DNA of 64,000 nt from Octopus sinensis (taxonomy: Eukaryota), in contig NC_043009.1 in the NCBI RefSeq assembly GCF_006345805.1, positions 31,248,001-31,312,000 of the forward strand, in the 5' to 3' direction. Positions within the stretch are counted from its first letter, which is position 1, and every line of letters begins with the position of its first letter. The notes under the pieces are model-generated. The model had not been told where the DNA came from and made no database searches. It saw only the letters and a program-made list of their open reading frames with translations. A program made the position numbers and the translations under genes. This document shows positions 37,638-50,419 of the stretch, piece by piece.

Positions 37638-37904
37638 ACCTAGTAAGTACCTTTATAAAAAGTACATACCTGAATTACTATTTGGGTTGCATTGTCTGCA
37701 CACATAGAAGGAATACAAATCAGGTACAAAAACACGTGCATGGAGTCTTGATATTCAATATTCAATCAATGTTGCTTGGGTGTGTGGATTATACAGACCT
37801 AGCAAGGTGTCTCAGTTTAAGTACCTAATTCAACGGAATCTTAATTATATCTATGTGTGTGAGAGATTGTGTCTCATCTTCACATCAACATGAATATTGT
37901 AAAT

Positions 37905-38075
37905 GAAGGTCACCGTCATTGTACAAGAAGTGCACTTCATTTCCAAGCTTCCATGAAAACATGTTCAACTTTAGGAAGAAATTACCTTATTTGGAAGCAG
38001 CTGTGGGCTGGCAACAAATTCCATCCAACCCATGGAAAGTTGGAAGAGTGAACATTAGAACGATGACATCAATGA
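37905..38075 (+). mobile_element. Family C2 fragment
   Basis: CCATGAAAACATG...ATTACCTTATTTGGAAGCAG...TCCAACCCATG. Confidence 0.65.
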
Positions 38076-38193
38076 TGGTAGTGGTGAGACCTGCAAATTT
38101 GGTTAACTGTGGTCTTTCTCAAGAAATTCTTGCCCATGCCATTACATTCATAGGCAGGTGTATGGTCAACTGTGACCAAAGGAGGCCTTAATG

Positions 38194-38400
38194 GAGCAGG
38201 CAGAAACGTTAGCATGCCGGGTGAAATGCATAGAGGATATTTCGTCTGCCATTATGCTCTGAGCTAAAATTCCACTGAGGTTGACTTTGCCTTTTGTCCT
38301 TTCAGGGTCGTTTAAATAAGTACCAGTTATGCACTGGGGTTGATGTAATCAACTTAATCCCTTTGTCTGTCCTTGTTTGTCCCCTGTGGGCAATAAAGAC
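38194..38400 (+). mobile_element. SINE-A, near full length
   Basis: GGCAGAAACGTTAGCATGCCGGGTGAAATGC...GACTTTGCCTTT...TAAGTACCAGTTATGCACTGGGG. Confidence 0.88.
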
Positions 38401-39974
38401 AAAAAATGGAGGCTTTAATATATCATGAAATCCTTATGTGGCCTGCAGTCTGAAGGGAAATTTTACAGGTACAGATACAGAGTAACCACTAAAATGGTGG
38501 GGCCTCAATTTGTTTTGTAAATAAAACGATTTAACAGAAATTGTTGAAGTAAGAATTAGATTTAAATTGATTAAACACCGTTGAAGAGATGTTGTGGTGT
38601 TTATGCATTCTTTAAATAGTATTAGTATTAATGCCATAAGCAACAAAGTGAAAGGACTACAATAAAAATTGAAAGTCCTGGTTGGTGCTGCTGTGGACTG
38701 GTTTAAATCAAGAAAGACGATGCCTAATTTTCCTTTACATTAAAACATTTTCATTGAAATCTGAGATTTTCTTAATGAAATAATTAAAGAAAACGAGAGT
38801 GAGAGAGACTTGGGAATAAAAAGAAACCTGAGAGAAGAATAAGGGCAAGTGAGAAGCTAGGAGTAGGAAAGGAAGGGAGAAAGGGAAAGAATAGTGAAAG
38901 AAAACAAATGTAAAATGTGACAGAAGGAGAAGAAGTGAAGGTTAGATGGTGGGGGAACTGAAGGGGAAAAATGCAAATTAATCATTTTGGCTGAAATGTT
39001 TTTCTTGTTATTGACCTTCATGATGAACTGAAACTAAATAAATATATATATTTTTAAAAATTAATATTACTTAAAAGATTTTAAAATTTCATCTCAGATG
39101 TTTCAAAAATTAAAAATCCTGATTTTAAACATTCTAAAATTCAGCCTTATAATTATTATTATTTTTCATTCTATTTCTTTTAAATTTTCTTTTCGCAATT
39201 TACTTTTAGGTGAAAAATTAGCAAAATATATGTAATAATGTATTTCTGAACAAATAATTTTTAAAAAATGTAGTAGAATTAAAATTTTTTGCGTTTCTTT
39301 TTTATTTTTGTTAATGGTTTGTATATGTTTAATTAATTTATATTAATTAAAATCTATAGAGAAATTTGCTACAATAACATTTGGATATAAATATTGATTT
39401 GTCTTGTTTCTTCTAGTTTCCTTTTATAATTAGTGTTTTTAATTTATTTTTATTTATTTACTTATTTTAATTTTTACTTTAACCTTTTACTTTTGCTACA
39501 TTTCATAGGCAGAATTCACCTCTCTCACTCTTCCCCTCTCTCTCCCATTCACCCTTTCTCTCTTTCACCATTTCTCTCTTTCTCTCCCTTCTCTGAACTT
39601 TATTTTGTATTGAGCTTAAAATTGAAAAATATTGATTGAATAAATTTATATTAACATTCACCATGTAAGTAATAACACAAAAAAAGCAATCTAAAAAATA
39701 TATTACTAATTTTAAAGTTATTCCAATATATTTAACCAATTAATTTTTACATATATTTGTTTATATTTGAGAGAAATATATAGTTTAATAAAATATTGAA
39801 GGCAAATGTCATTTTTCTAATTCATATCCCAACAGTGATGTTATTATACAATTTAACAACTAACAACTTCTTTTTCCTCTGCATTTTTATAGAATGTAAA
39901 TTCTTTGAAATTTTTAATATGTTAATATATATTAACAGTTTCATTCCAGCACCCACACCTTATACAGACATGTG

Positions 39975-40021
39975 TGTATATATATATATATATTATATAT
40001 ATATATACACACGTGTGTATG

Positions 40022-40076
<55 letters not shown>

Positions 40077-40152
40077 TATATACACTTACACACACATATA
40101 TAAATATATATATATACACTTACACACACATATATATACACATATATTTACT

Positions 40153-40189
<37 letters not shown>

Positions 40190-40224
40190 TCACACATACA
40201 TACATACATACATACATACATACA

Positions 40225-40299
<75 letters not shown>

Positions 40300-40315
40300 A
40301 TACCTATACCTATAT
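39975..40315. repeat. (TA)n/(TACA)n compound array
   Basis: Directly visible. Confidence 0.92.
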
Positions 40316-40719
40316 GTGGCTATGACATTCAACAGTGTCCAGCAGTGGGGGACTGGTTCAGGAGTTGCAGGGTTTGAGGGATGTGGAACCCCCTCTTTGC
40401 TAGACTTGTTCCCAGGTAGTCTCTGCCCTGGAATAGAAGCACCTGTCAGGCTCTCTGGTATGGGCTAAGTTGCACATGTGATGGCATTCCATCCAAGCAC
40501 AGGTATGCAGAAATAACCTTGGTTGGTGTCTCATAGTGTCCAGCAAATTCACCACGTGTGAGGAACTCATCTGTTGTCACACCATCCTTCTAAGAGAGAT
40601 ATAAAACCTATAAAACCTTTATTTTCCCATGATTACTGGTCATCTTACTTTGGCCTGTCACAAGGTACTAATCACAGAGACTCAGTGTGTGGTACTCATT
40701 TTGTACAAGCGTTTATCAA

Positions 40720-41130
40720 AATAATCCAATGATATATAAATGTCTCTTTATGGTGACCTCATTTGTCCTTCCATCGACTGAAATTTCTTTGGCTATGGAA
40801 GAGTGAAAACCTAATGAGTTAGAAGCTTGCAGTAAGTTACAGATTTTGCCTGTGACCTGTGCTTCAAGCAACACAAACCTACAATGGGACTGGGTAGTCA
40901 TTTGATAGGTCATGGATGGAAAGTCAGAAATGCCATTGACAATGATGAAGCAGTGAGAGATGACAATCATCTGTGAAGACAGAGCAATTGCCATTTCCAA
41001 TAATTGATACGTTAGTTCCCACAAGGAAATAGTCGACAGTAACTTCGAAGTATCAGCTTATCTGTGGTCATCAGACTTGGAAGCCAAAATTTTGAAGTCA
41101 CTGTCAACATTCACCCTGTAAAAATTAACA
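40720..41130 (-). pseudogene. Possible non-LTR (LINE) reverse-transcriptase relic
   Basis: One minus frame reads PQIS*...DYFLVGTNVSIIGNGNCSVFTDDCHLS, resembling PQGS..LFL.YINDL..SLFADD. Weak match. Confidence 0.35.
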
Positions 41131-41212
41131 AATATGTTCTCAACTAATAAGTAGTGAGTAATCCTTCAGTTTAAATGTTAAAGTGTTTTCATATGTATGA
41201 GTGTGTATATAT

Positions 41213-41214
<2 letters not shown>

Positions 41215-41274
<60 letters not shown>
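41215..41274. repeat. (TG)n microsatellite
   Basis: Directly visible. Confidence 0.97.
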
Positions 41275-41276
<2 letters not shown>

Positions 41277-41697
41277 TGTTTGTGTATATGTTTGCCTGCA
41301 TGTATCAATTGAGTAAGACAGCTGCTTCAGATGTTCCTCGTTAAGGCTGAAACACTTAAATTACAAATCATTAAGCCAGAGAATCTTTTCACAAGGTCCC
41401 TTTCAATTAGCAAGTGGACCATAACAAAACTAGGTGTAGATGAACGGTTTCTTCGAGACATACCATCATATATGACTGTGCTTTATGAGAATTTAGAATT
41501 GACATTAAGTTTATTGAGGAATTTAATTCATTAAACTAAACACTAAAGTTTAGGATTGTGCATTCTGAAGAAAATTGTAAATATTTATGATCTGTTAGTT
41601 ATTGCAAAATCTCACAGAGAGGTGAAGGAAATGCTTAAAATCTTGTAGACTGGCTTAGAATGGAAAGTTTTAAAGAACGTGGTAAAGTTCAAAGTAT

Positions 41698-41850
41698 TAA
41701 TTAGTAACAGTGAGAATATACTACTAATTAGTAACAGAGAACATACACTTCTAATTAGTAACAGAGCACATACATTACTAATTACTACCAGAAAACAGAT
41801 ATTGGTAATTGGTGACAGAGAACAGCATTACTAATTAGCTACAGAGAACA
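41698..41850. repeat. 27-bp minisatellite, six units
   Basis: TAATT(A)G..ACAG unit starts at 41698, 41725, 41752, 41779, 41806 and 41832. Confidence 0.9.
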
Positions 41851-42094
41851 ATGCTCTGTAGGAAATGTCCTTGCTCAATAAATAACTGATAGAAATAAAT
41901 GAATGGTGTGTAGTCACCGAAAATAATAAGCAGACAAAAGGTACTGGATTAATAGACTGAAAACGAAGACTCTACAGTTCTACTAAATATACAGCAGTAT
42001 TCAAGAAGTGGTGCAGCAAAATAGACTGTTGTCCAGTTAGTATGTAGATTGTAGTTTTTGTTACATAGTACACATTGTTAGTGCTGTGACAGCT

Positions 42095-42460
42095 GTTAAT
42101 AATAGTGTTGTAGATGGAGTGTGCAAAAGTGGGACAGATTTTCAAACTGTACTGCATCCGCATAAGGACAGGAATGAAATATGCTTAGGGAGTGCAAACA
42201 CATGGGAAGCAAACAAACGGTGGATGTGAGATGAAGAGGTGGAAAGTACTGACAGGGGTGGAGGCTTGCCACGGTAAGGGAAGACTGCGAATTGGTAAGA
42301 CATGGCAAGAATTCATAAAATGAGATAATGGCATGTGGATCTTTACTGATGAGATGAGAAAAGAGCAAAACAATACTGTATGGAATATATAAGTGTCTTA
42401 ACATTGATGATGACACTGATGACTGCAGTGACAATGATGATGATGATGACGACGACGACT
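42095..42460 (+). mobile_element. RTE-clade LINE 3' relic (ORF2 C-terminus + GAT/GAC tail)
   Basis: VEACHGKGRLRIGKTWQEFIK*D...TDEM (cf. G.R.RGRPRKTW.E.V..D), followed by (GAT)n(GAC)n. Confidence 0.6.
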
Positions 42461-44363
42461 ATGAAACCAAAATGATCGAAGCTAGTTTTCCACAAAGAAG
42501 CCGTATCTGTTTCTTCTATCAGCCATCATGATTAGTTTAATCAAAATTTGTGATTTTGATTCAACTTATCAAAGTAGGAGACTGAAGAAACAGCTTTTCC
42601 AGAGGCAAAGAGGGAAATGTTTGGTGAAATCATAGAATAATAAGAAGCTGCACATTTGTTTGTATATAATGCAGATAAAGAAATTGAACTGATAAGTCGG
42701 GATCAATAACCCACAGGTCAGCAAGTCATGATATTTCCTTGCTAATAAACAGCATAAGTTCAGCTTTTGGGTTGGGTAACTTTCTTATTTCAACATTTGT
42801 GTTTCTTATTTTTGTGGATGTAGACTTCCTGGTCATTTGTTTATGGTTGCTGCATTAGTTAGACAGCAGAGTCTGCAGACATTCCTACTTTTGAAGATTT
42901 TCTTCCTTGTGAGAATTGTTAAAAATTATACTTGCAAAGGTACCAAAATTCAGCTAGTCTGTGGCACAAGCAAAGCCAAGATCAGGACTGCAGAGAAGTA
43001 TAGGGAATGAAATATTAATGAGACATGTTGGAAAGTGAATATATAGTTGTGTGTAAACAGAGGCTATGTAGAAGGAGTTCTTAACGAAAAGCTTGAGCTG
43101 ACTGCATTACCATGTGGTCAACAATTCATAACTATTAAGGGCTAAGTTCACCTTGTTAATAGTCAGCATTTGTTATAAACTTTTCCATTGTACACTCTGT
43201 TATAATTTTGTTATTGATGAGTATCTTGTTGGTCTGCTATGTTAAGTTCAATCCTTATTGCTGGTGAAACAACATTCCTTTAATAGCATCATATCCAGGG
43301 AGAGGTTTATCTCGCATCTACTCGCCTTGAGGAATTGGGGATTTGCACATCAGCTTTATGGATGTTTGTTATTTGATTTTTTAAAGAATTAGAAAACATA
43401 AATTAGGAACGATGGAATGGAGTAAGAGGATTAGTGAAAGGAGACAGATCAGAAAGAAATGCAAACTGTAAGAGGTGTGAAGACAAAACACAGTTGCTGG
43501 TGGTAGTGGTGGTGATGGGGGGGGGGACATGTGGTGTACGTTGTATGGGGTGGTGCAGTATGGAATGGTGTACATAATTCACATGTAGTTCGAAGAAAAC
43601 AGTTGCGGATGAGGAATTCAATATAGATGTTACATTAGACATGGAGTTCTAACTCACAAAAAGCGGAAAGACAGAGATCATTAATTGAAGAAATAAACTC
43701 CTATTAAACTAAACTAGTTCATCTTGTATTCCCATTAAGGATGTTATGTTCTTGAATTCTTTATTGGTACATAGTTTCCCATTATGGGTGTCAACTAAAA
43801 TCTAATTTATTTTGGCACATTCCTGAAAATTCCTGCAAAATTATTCAATTAATGTATCAATAATTGGAATTTGATAATGATTGGTAATTAGAAAGCAGAA
43901 GAGAAAATGTTAACAGGGATAAAATAAAAAATATAAAATCAAAAACAAAAAAAATATGAAAAATAAACGATAAAAATTATAAATCAATGATGAACGTGTA
44001 GGAAACCTATGTAAATGGTAAAAAAAGCAAAATTGAATAATTTTTTTTCCATTGAAATTAGAATGACTAATATTTATTGGAAATATCAGGTGAGGTCAAT
44101 ACATAATTATAGGAGATAAGTGTGGAAAATGATAGGAATCCACAAAACTCAGGATGGTATTCAGAGAAAGCAGGGTAATTGAAAAGGAAAAAGAAAAAAA
44201 GAGAGAAAATAAGAAAAATAACAGATTTCAGAACTTACAGGTTGGTAGAAACTTAAATAATGAGATGCTTGTTATGTATATCTATATGAGTGTGAGAATG
44301 CATATGTGCATATATAGTAATATACATACATATATGTATATATAGCTGCATATATATTACACA

Positions 44364-44409
<46 letters not shown>

Positions 44410-44429
44410 TATATGTGTATATATATTAT

Positions 44430-44763
44430 TTTTCTTTTATTCTTTTACTTGTTTCAGTCATTTGACTATGGCCATGCTGGGGCACAACCTTTAGTCAAGC
44501 AAATCGACCCCAGGACTTCTTCTTTGTAAGCTTAGCACTTATTCTCCTGGTCTCTTTTGCTGAGCTGCTAAGTTACAGGGATGTAAACACACCAGCATTG
44601 GTTTTCAAGTGATGATGGGGGGACAAACAGACACACAAACCTATACACACACACACATATATATATGTATATATATATATGATGGGCTTCTTTCAGTTTT
44701 TGTCTACCAAATCCACTCACAAGGCTTTGGTTGGCCCAAGGCTGATACTTGCCCAAGGTACCA
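44430..44763 (-). mobile_element. SINE-B, 5'-truncated, internal (CA)/(TA)
   Basis: Tail TTTTACTTGTTTCAGTCATTTGACT.., body and GGGCTTCTTTCAGTTT match 59044-59448. Confidence 0.85.
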
Positions 44764-44984
44764 TACACATATACATATACACACACATACACATATTTAT
44801 ATGTAAATTCATATAATCACACAAACATATGTACATTGACACACAAACACATACACACATGTATGTGTGTATATATATATATATATACTTTTGCGTTTTT
44901 GTACATGATCAAGAATTTTACATACATATTTATTTTGAGATGCTCTGTGTTTCTTTTGGTTAATTTCAAATATAACAAAGAATT

Positions 44985-45133
44985 TATTAGAATAACTTTG
45001 TTATCATTAAGCTTGAGTTAAGAACATAAATTGTGACTAAAGTTTGGTGGCAGATTTTGATTCTGAACTTTTGAAACAAGATGTTTGTACTGCAGTGCCA
45101 GAGCCGGTTTCAGCCAGGTTGGTATTGAAAGGG
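44985..45133 (-). mobile_element. Possible DNA-transposon/MITE end fragment
   Basis: Complex segment ending ..CAGCCAGGTTGGTATTGAAAGGG (CCCTTT-type terminus on minus). No partner TIR found. Confidence 0.3.
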
Positions 45134-45189
45134 ATACATATTCAATACCTCTAGAAATAGAATATATAATATCCTTTATTACTCCCTGT

Positions 45190-45385
45190 ACAAGGCCCGA
45201 AATTTTTGGGGAGGGGACCAGTTGATTAGATTGACTGAAATATGCAACTGATACTTAATTTATCGACCCTGGAAGGATGAAAGGTAAAGTCAACCTCAGC
45301 AGAATTTGATCTCAAAACTTATAGGTAGACGAAATACAGCTAAGTGTTTTGCCTGGTGTGCTAACGTTTCTGCCAGCTCACCACC
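45190..45385 (-). mobile_element. SINE-A, full length
   Basis: Reverse complement GGTGGTGAGCTGGCAGAAACGTTAGC...GTCGATAAATTAAGTATCAG. Confidence 0.88.
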
Positions 45386-45787
45386 TTAGAATATATAATA
45401 TTAATTCATATATTTATATTAGTTTAATATTGACTAGTTTACAGAGTCGCTATTGCTATTGTTGATGTTGCTACAGTTGTATCAGCACATGTACAATTCT
45501 CCACAAGTGTTGCTAATCAGGTGTTGCTATACAGATGTTGCTAAAGGCAAGATGTCTTGGGGTATTTGTTGTTCCTGTTTTACATGCTATGAGGCCTTGG
45601 TTGGTAGACATAATCTGCTCTTTGGTTTAATACCCAACTGGTCCTCTTGAGTACCCCTAATAGAGTCTACTCTCTTCCATATATTCAGATTCAGTCTTTG
45701 GTTTGAAAATAATGTCCTCATTTCATTCCGCCAGTCATGGGTCATTAGCATTGACATTTCTCTTATGATGAAGCATTAAAAAAATAT

Positions 45788-46175
45788 AGGAGTGGCTGTG
45801 TGGTAAGTAGCTTGCTTACCAACCACATGGTTCCGATTTCAGTCCCACTGCATGATACCTTGGGTAAGTGTCTTCTACTATAACCTTGGGCTGACCAAAG
45901 CCTTGTGAGTGGATTTAGTAGACAGAAACTGAAAGAAGTTTGTCATGTATATATATATATGTGTGTGTTGTGTGTGTTTGTTCTACCCACCACTGTTGCT
46001 TGACAACCGATGTTGGTGTCTTTAGATCTCTGTAACTTAGCGGTTCAGCAAAAGAGACCAATCGGATAAGTACTAGGCTTACAAAGAATAAGTCCAGGAG
46101 TTGATTTACTCCACTAAAAGGCAATGCTCCAGCATGGCTGTGGTCAAATGACTGAAACAAGTAAGAGAATGAAAG
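45788..46175 (+). mobile_element. SINE-B, full length
   Basis: AGGAGTGGCTGTGTGGTAAGTAGC...CAGTCCCACTGC...(TA)(TG)...GCTCCAGCATGGC...GAAACAAGTAA. Confidence 0.9.
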
Positions 46176-46184
46176 ACTATTATG

Positions 46185-46310
46185 AGAAGCATGGATGAGT
46201 GGTTAAGAATTTTTCTTCCCAACCACATGGTTTGAAGTTCAATCCCACTTGGCAAGTGCTCTCTACAATAAGTCTAAACCAACCAATGCCTTGTGAGTGT
46301 AAACTGGTGC
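46185..46310 (+). mobile_element. SINE-B head, second copy
   Basis: TGAGTGGTTAAG...AACCACATGG...GTTCAATCCCAC..GCCTTGTGAG. Confidence 0.7.
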
Positions 46311-46329
46311 CATGTACAGAGCACCTGTT

Positions 46330-46600
46330 CTGGTGACTTTGGAAAAAGTACCTGTTCTGCTGTGACCCATAAAGCACCCATGCTAATGCCTCATAGATAG
46401 CACTGGTGATGGTGCCACATACAAAAGCACCCAGTACACACTGCAAAGTGGTTGGTATTAGGAGGAGCATCCACCTGTAGAAACAACTGGAGCCTGATGC
46501 AGCTCTCTGGCTTGGCAGCTTCTCTTGAGCCATCCAACCCATGCCAACATAGAAAACGGATGTTAAAGGATGACAATGATGATGATGATAGTGGTGGTGG
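46330..46600 (+). mobile_element. Family C retroposon end
   Basis: AAAAGCACCCAG...GGTTGGTATTAGGA..CATCCAC...CATCCAACCCATGCC...(GAT)n. Confidence 0.8.
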
Positions 46601-46939
46601 TAGTGGTGTTGGTGGTGGTGGTAATGTACTAAATGCTTATGGAATGTGAATTAGTAGCTCCACTTCTCTGAAGCTACCAAATTTATTTACTCTGTATTCA
46701 AATATATTGGCTGTTTTTCTTTGGCATTGGTCAAGCAATGTTGACATCTCTGAAGAGACTCCAATAAGAGCATAAAATTGATTAAGGTTGTTCATCATTT
46801 TTCCAATCTATGGAGAAATGTTTAAATTTGCCATGTTTGTGTGTCTGCTATGCAGGTTTTCATATTATATGGCATTATACAATACTTGCAACAGCATCAT
46901 TCAAGCAGTGTTTTTTTGTTTTTTTTCTGATCTGCGGTG

Positions 46940-47092
46940 CTTACTTGTCCAGCCAAGGGAAAATATTACCTTGTTGGGAAATAGGTGACGTTTAGCAACT
47001 GGAAAGACATCCAGCCATTGAAAATCATGAATTCTGTCTGACCCATGCAATCATTGAAAAGTGAACGTAGAAATGATGATGGTGATGTTGAT
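46940..47092 (+). mobile_element. Family C2 fragment
   Basis: GGGAAAATATTACCTTGTTGGGAAATAGG...GACATCCAGCC...ACCCATGCAA...(GAT)n. Confidence 0.7.
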
Positions 47093-47369
47093 ATTTGATA
47101 GCTAAACCTTATTTTGAGAACAACAGTGATAGAATAGAGATAAAAATACTATTTGGAAAAGTTTCTGGAATAAATGTGAAAATATAATGGTGCTCAGGTA
47201 TTTATGGCAATGACAAAAATTATACATTACAATTAAACCATGTTAATTTAAAATTTAAAAATCTATCTGATTATATTTGGATGAAGTTCCAATTAGTAGC
47301 ATCAAGAAAGGCAGAGATGGTCACTTACTTAATATGCACTCAAATCAAGTCCAGATATTCTCTGACTGT

Positions 47370-47640
47370 TTAACATTGATCCTAGAGAAGAGCTAAACCT
47401 GTGATCAAAGGTATTGAGGCTTTGATCCTTATGTTCTTCTGTATGAATTATAGAAATATGATCCTTAGAAGACCTATGATCACATACATTCCAGCCAAAG
47501 CCATCCCAGTTTTATTTTGAGGTACGACGTATCAAGGATCTCATTATCCAGTATGCCCTTAACATTTTAAAATCTTCTGTGTTACTTAATGGAGATTTCG
47601 CTGTTATTTTTAGCATATTCAGTAACCACTTAGAGACAAT
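47370..47640 (+). mobile_element. Family E dispersed repeat(s)
   Basis: TGATCAAAGGTATT..; GACCTATGATCACATACATTCCAGCC...GATTTCGCTGTTATTTTTAGC. Confidence 0.45.
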
Positions 47641-47735
47641 CTTGTTGGCATGTACAGGTATGTTTTTGCTTGTATGTAAAATATTCTATTCTCCATTTGC
47701 CCTTTGTTATCCTGGCTGTCAGGACAGGACGGCAG

Positions 47736-47975
47736 ATCAATTGTGTATCTGACCTATGATAGACACCAGATCAATAGGATATCTGACCTGTGATAGACAT
47801 CAGTCAATAGACACCAATCAATAGCAGCTAATCAATAGATATCAGATCAATTGACACTAGATCAATACAATTTCTGACCTGCTATAGACACCAATCAATA
47901 AACACCAGATCAATAAACACCAAACAATAGATATCAAATTAACAAGATACCAGATCAGCAAGATATCTTACCTGC
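47736..47975. repeat. Nested 13-14 bp / ~33 bp tandem repeat
   Basis: Recurrent GATCAATAGACACCA-like units and three ATCTGACCT(A/G) modules. Confidence 0.75.
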
Positions 47976-48331
47976 AACAAAAGGCCAGCATCTTATCCAG
48001 GAGCAAATTATCTCTCATCCTTTAAAATGATAAAAACCTGGCCTAAACAGTGCACGGGAAGTTGATTTTCTATGTTAAAAGGATGTATTTGACAAGGCAT
48101 CATCATCATCATTTAACATTCGCTTATAATTTTATAGATAATAAATTGCATATATATTAAATGAATAATTAATTTTGATAAAATATAATTTCATCAATTA
48201 TATTTATTATAAAAATATTTTATTAAATATAATTTTTATTAAAAAATATAATTACATAATACATAATTTGTCAATAAAAAACACAATTTTATCTTATATA
48301 ATTATTATTATTAAAATAACATTTTATCCAG

Positions 48332-48472
48332 GAGAAGTGAGGAGTAGTGACTTGGCCACCTCTGCTGACCCACCAATGGGAGGGTGTTACGGATCAGGGT
48401 TGAAACACCCAGTGAACGTTGGCTACCATCTAACAACATCAGTTCCTCCATGCCAAGGCTCCCTTCATTTTG
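48332..48472 (+). CDS. Candidate internal exon (phase 1-1), unknown protein
   Basis: GC-richer island in very AT-rich flanks. Acceptor TTTTATCCAG, donor GTGAAT. Single open frame GEVRSSDLATSADPPMGGCYGSGLKHPVNVGYHLTTSVPPCQGSLHF. Confidence 0.3.
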
Positions 48473-48815
48473 GTGAATGGAAAAAGCACCTCCTTATAGA
48501 TGTTATTAACATATTCATAGATTTCATGAATATATTTTTATTAGAGTTTTTAATTATAGTTTTTTGTTACTGAGCTTTTATTAATAATATTAATTATTAC
48601 AATCAATTTTTAGTGATATATTTAATTATTAGAATTAACTAATAAAATATAAATATTCAAAAAAATCTCCAGCATAATTTTAAAAAAGGTGGACTTGGAA
48701 TTAGTAGCCCCATTGTAACTTTTTATTTTTCATTATTTAAAAATATTCTTTGGATTTCTGTTTTGAGCCTAATTGGAATAATTTTAAATACATTTGACTT
48801 TGTAGCATTGCATGT

Positions 48816-48968
48816 GAGCTGTGTGGTAAGAAGTTTGCTTTACCACCAAGTGGTTTCAGCTTCATTTCAATTGTATTGCTCCTTGAACAAGTGTCTTCTA
48901 CTAAAGCCATGGACCAACAAAGGTTTTGTGAGTGGAATTGGGAGATGGAAACTGAAAGAATCCTGTTG
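48816..48968 (+). mobile_element. SINE-B head
   Basis: GAGCTGTGTGGTAAGAAG...GAACAAGTGTCTTCTACTA...GGAAACTGAAAGAA. Confidence 0.8.
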
Positions 48969-49025
48969 TATGTATGTATGTATGTATTTATGTGTATGTA
49001 TATGATGAGTTTCTTGTATATGAAT

Positions 49026-49177
49026 GGGCTTCTTTCCATTTCTACTTATCAAATTCACTCCCAAGGCTGTTGTTGACCTTGGGCTACAGACGAAGATGCT
49101 TGTCAAAGGGGCTACACAGTGGGACTTGAACTCAAGCCCATATGGTTGAGAAGCCAGCTTCTTTACCACACAGCCAC
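49026..49177 (-). mobile_element. SINE-B head, inverted relative to 48816-48968
   Basis: GGGCTTCTTTCC...CTTTACCACACAGCCAC. Confidence 0.8.
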
Positions 49178-49884
49178 ATCAGTTCCTATGTTTTCTGAAT
49201 ACATAGTATCTGTGTGTGTTTTTTTTTTATGAAATATATTTTCAAAGCTGTATATATGAGTATATTTGGCAGTGGAAATTTTAATCCTAAAATATGAGTA
49301 TTTTATTAAAATATGGCTGTATTATAAAAATATGGTTATTTTATTAAAATATGGTTATTTTATCAAGCAAAATCCCAACAGCTGAGTAATTATCATGTCA
49401 TAATAATGGTCTGGAATATTAGAAGAATTTTTAAGTTGCCTTCAGGGAAAGCTTTTCAATTATATTATGGTAACACAGCTGGTCAGATTAATTTCAAGCA
49501 TGCTTGTAGATTAAAGTCTTAATGGATTCCAATTGATTACCTGCAATATACAGAGTCTGTGGCAGTCATTAAATGCAAAATGGTACCAAAAACTCATATA
49601 TAGTGGTGGATAGATTTTAGAATTTTAGTTCACTGATGTAAGTGACAGGAGAATGTATCATGTGAAATGTGTTAACTTTAAGTTGTAGTAATGTGTTCAC
49701 ATAATCTCTGGTTGGGGTGGAGTTCTTTGATAATCCTTAATCTTTTATCAGTTTTTACTTATTTCAGTCATCAAACCATGACCATGCTGGGATACTACGT
49801 TGAAGATTTTTTTAGTTGAATTCAAACTGTAAAGTCAGAAAAAACACTGTTAAACAATTTTTGCAATTCAGTAATAATAGAATT

Positions 49885-50139
49885 AAAGGTAAAGATACCT
49901 TCCCGAGTCATACAGATTCATAGGGCCAGGTTCCAGGTTTCCATGGCATGTATATTCCCCACCTGGATGAGATACCAGGCCATCGTACAGTTGCTCCTTT
50001 TTATCAGCTGAGTGGACTGGAGCAATGTGAAATGAAGTGTTTTGCTCAAGAACACAATGTATTGCCTGGTCCAGGAATTGAAATCACCATCTTTCAATAA
50101 TGAGTCCAAAACTGTAACCACTAAGCCATTTGCCTCCAC
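49885..50139 (-). mobile_element. SINE-D (tRNA-derived, distinct body)
   Basis: Reverse complement GTGGAGGCAAATGGCTTAGTGGTTA...GATTTCAATTCCTGG...GTGTTCTTGAGCAAAACACTTCATTTCACATTGCTCCAGTCCACTCAGCTG. Second copy at 53795. Confidence 0.8.
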
Positions 50140-50419
50140 AGCTCAGCAATAATACTGAAAAATATTAGTATTCATGTGTGTGTGTGTGTATGTGTGATAT
50201 GGCAATGAATTGAGACAAACAATGAAATATTGGTCAAAAGCTCTTCTCTACAGTTATCAGCAATTTATGATCTGAGTTCAAACATCTCCGAGATGGACTT
50301 GGTATTTCTTCCTTCTAACGAAGCATCATTCTAAAACAAAAAATTGATAGAATACTTGAAACTTGAACCAAAATGCTTTTATAATATTTGTCATAGCTCC
50401 ATATTTTCTGATTGTCCAG

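Noticed and set aside
41698-41850. CRISPR-like array
   Set aside because: Units are contiguous without unique spacers, the context is eukaryotic and there are no cas genes.
46750-46780. CTGAAGA-GACTC-CAATAA-GAGC hammerhead-like string
   Set aside because: No GAAA follows, and no stem I or III.
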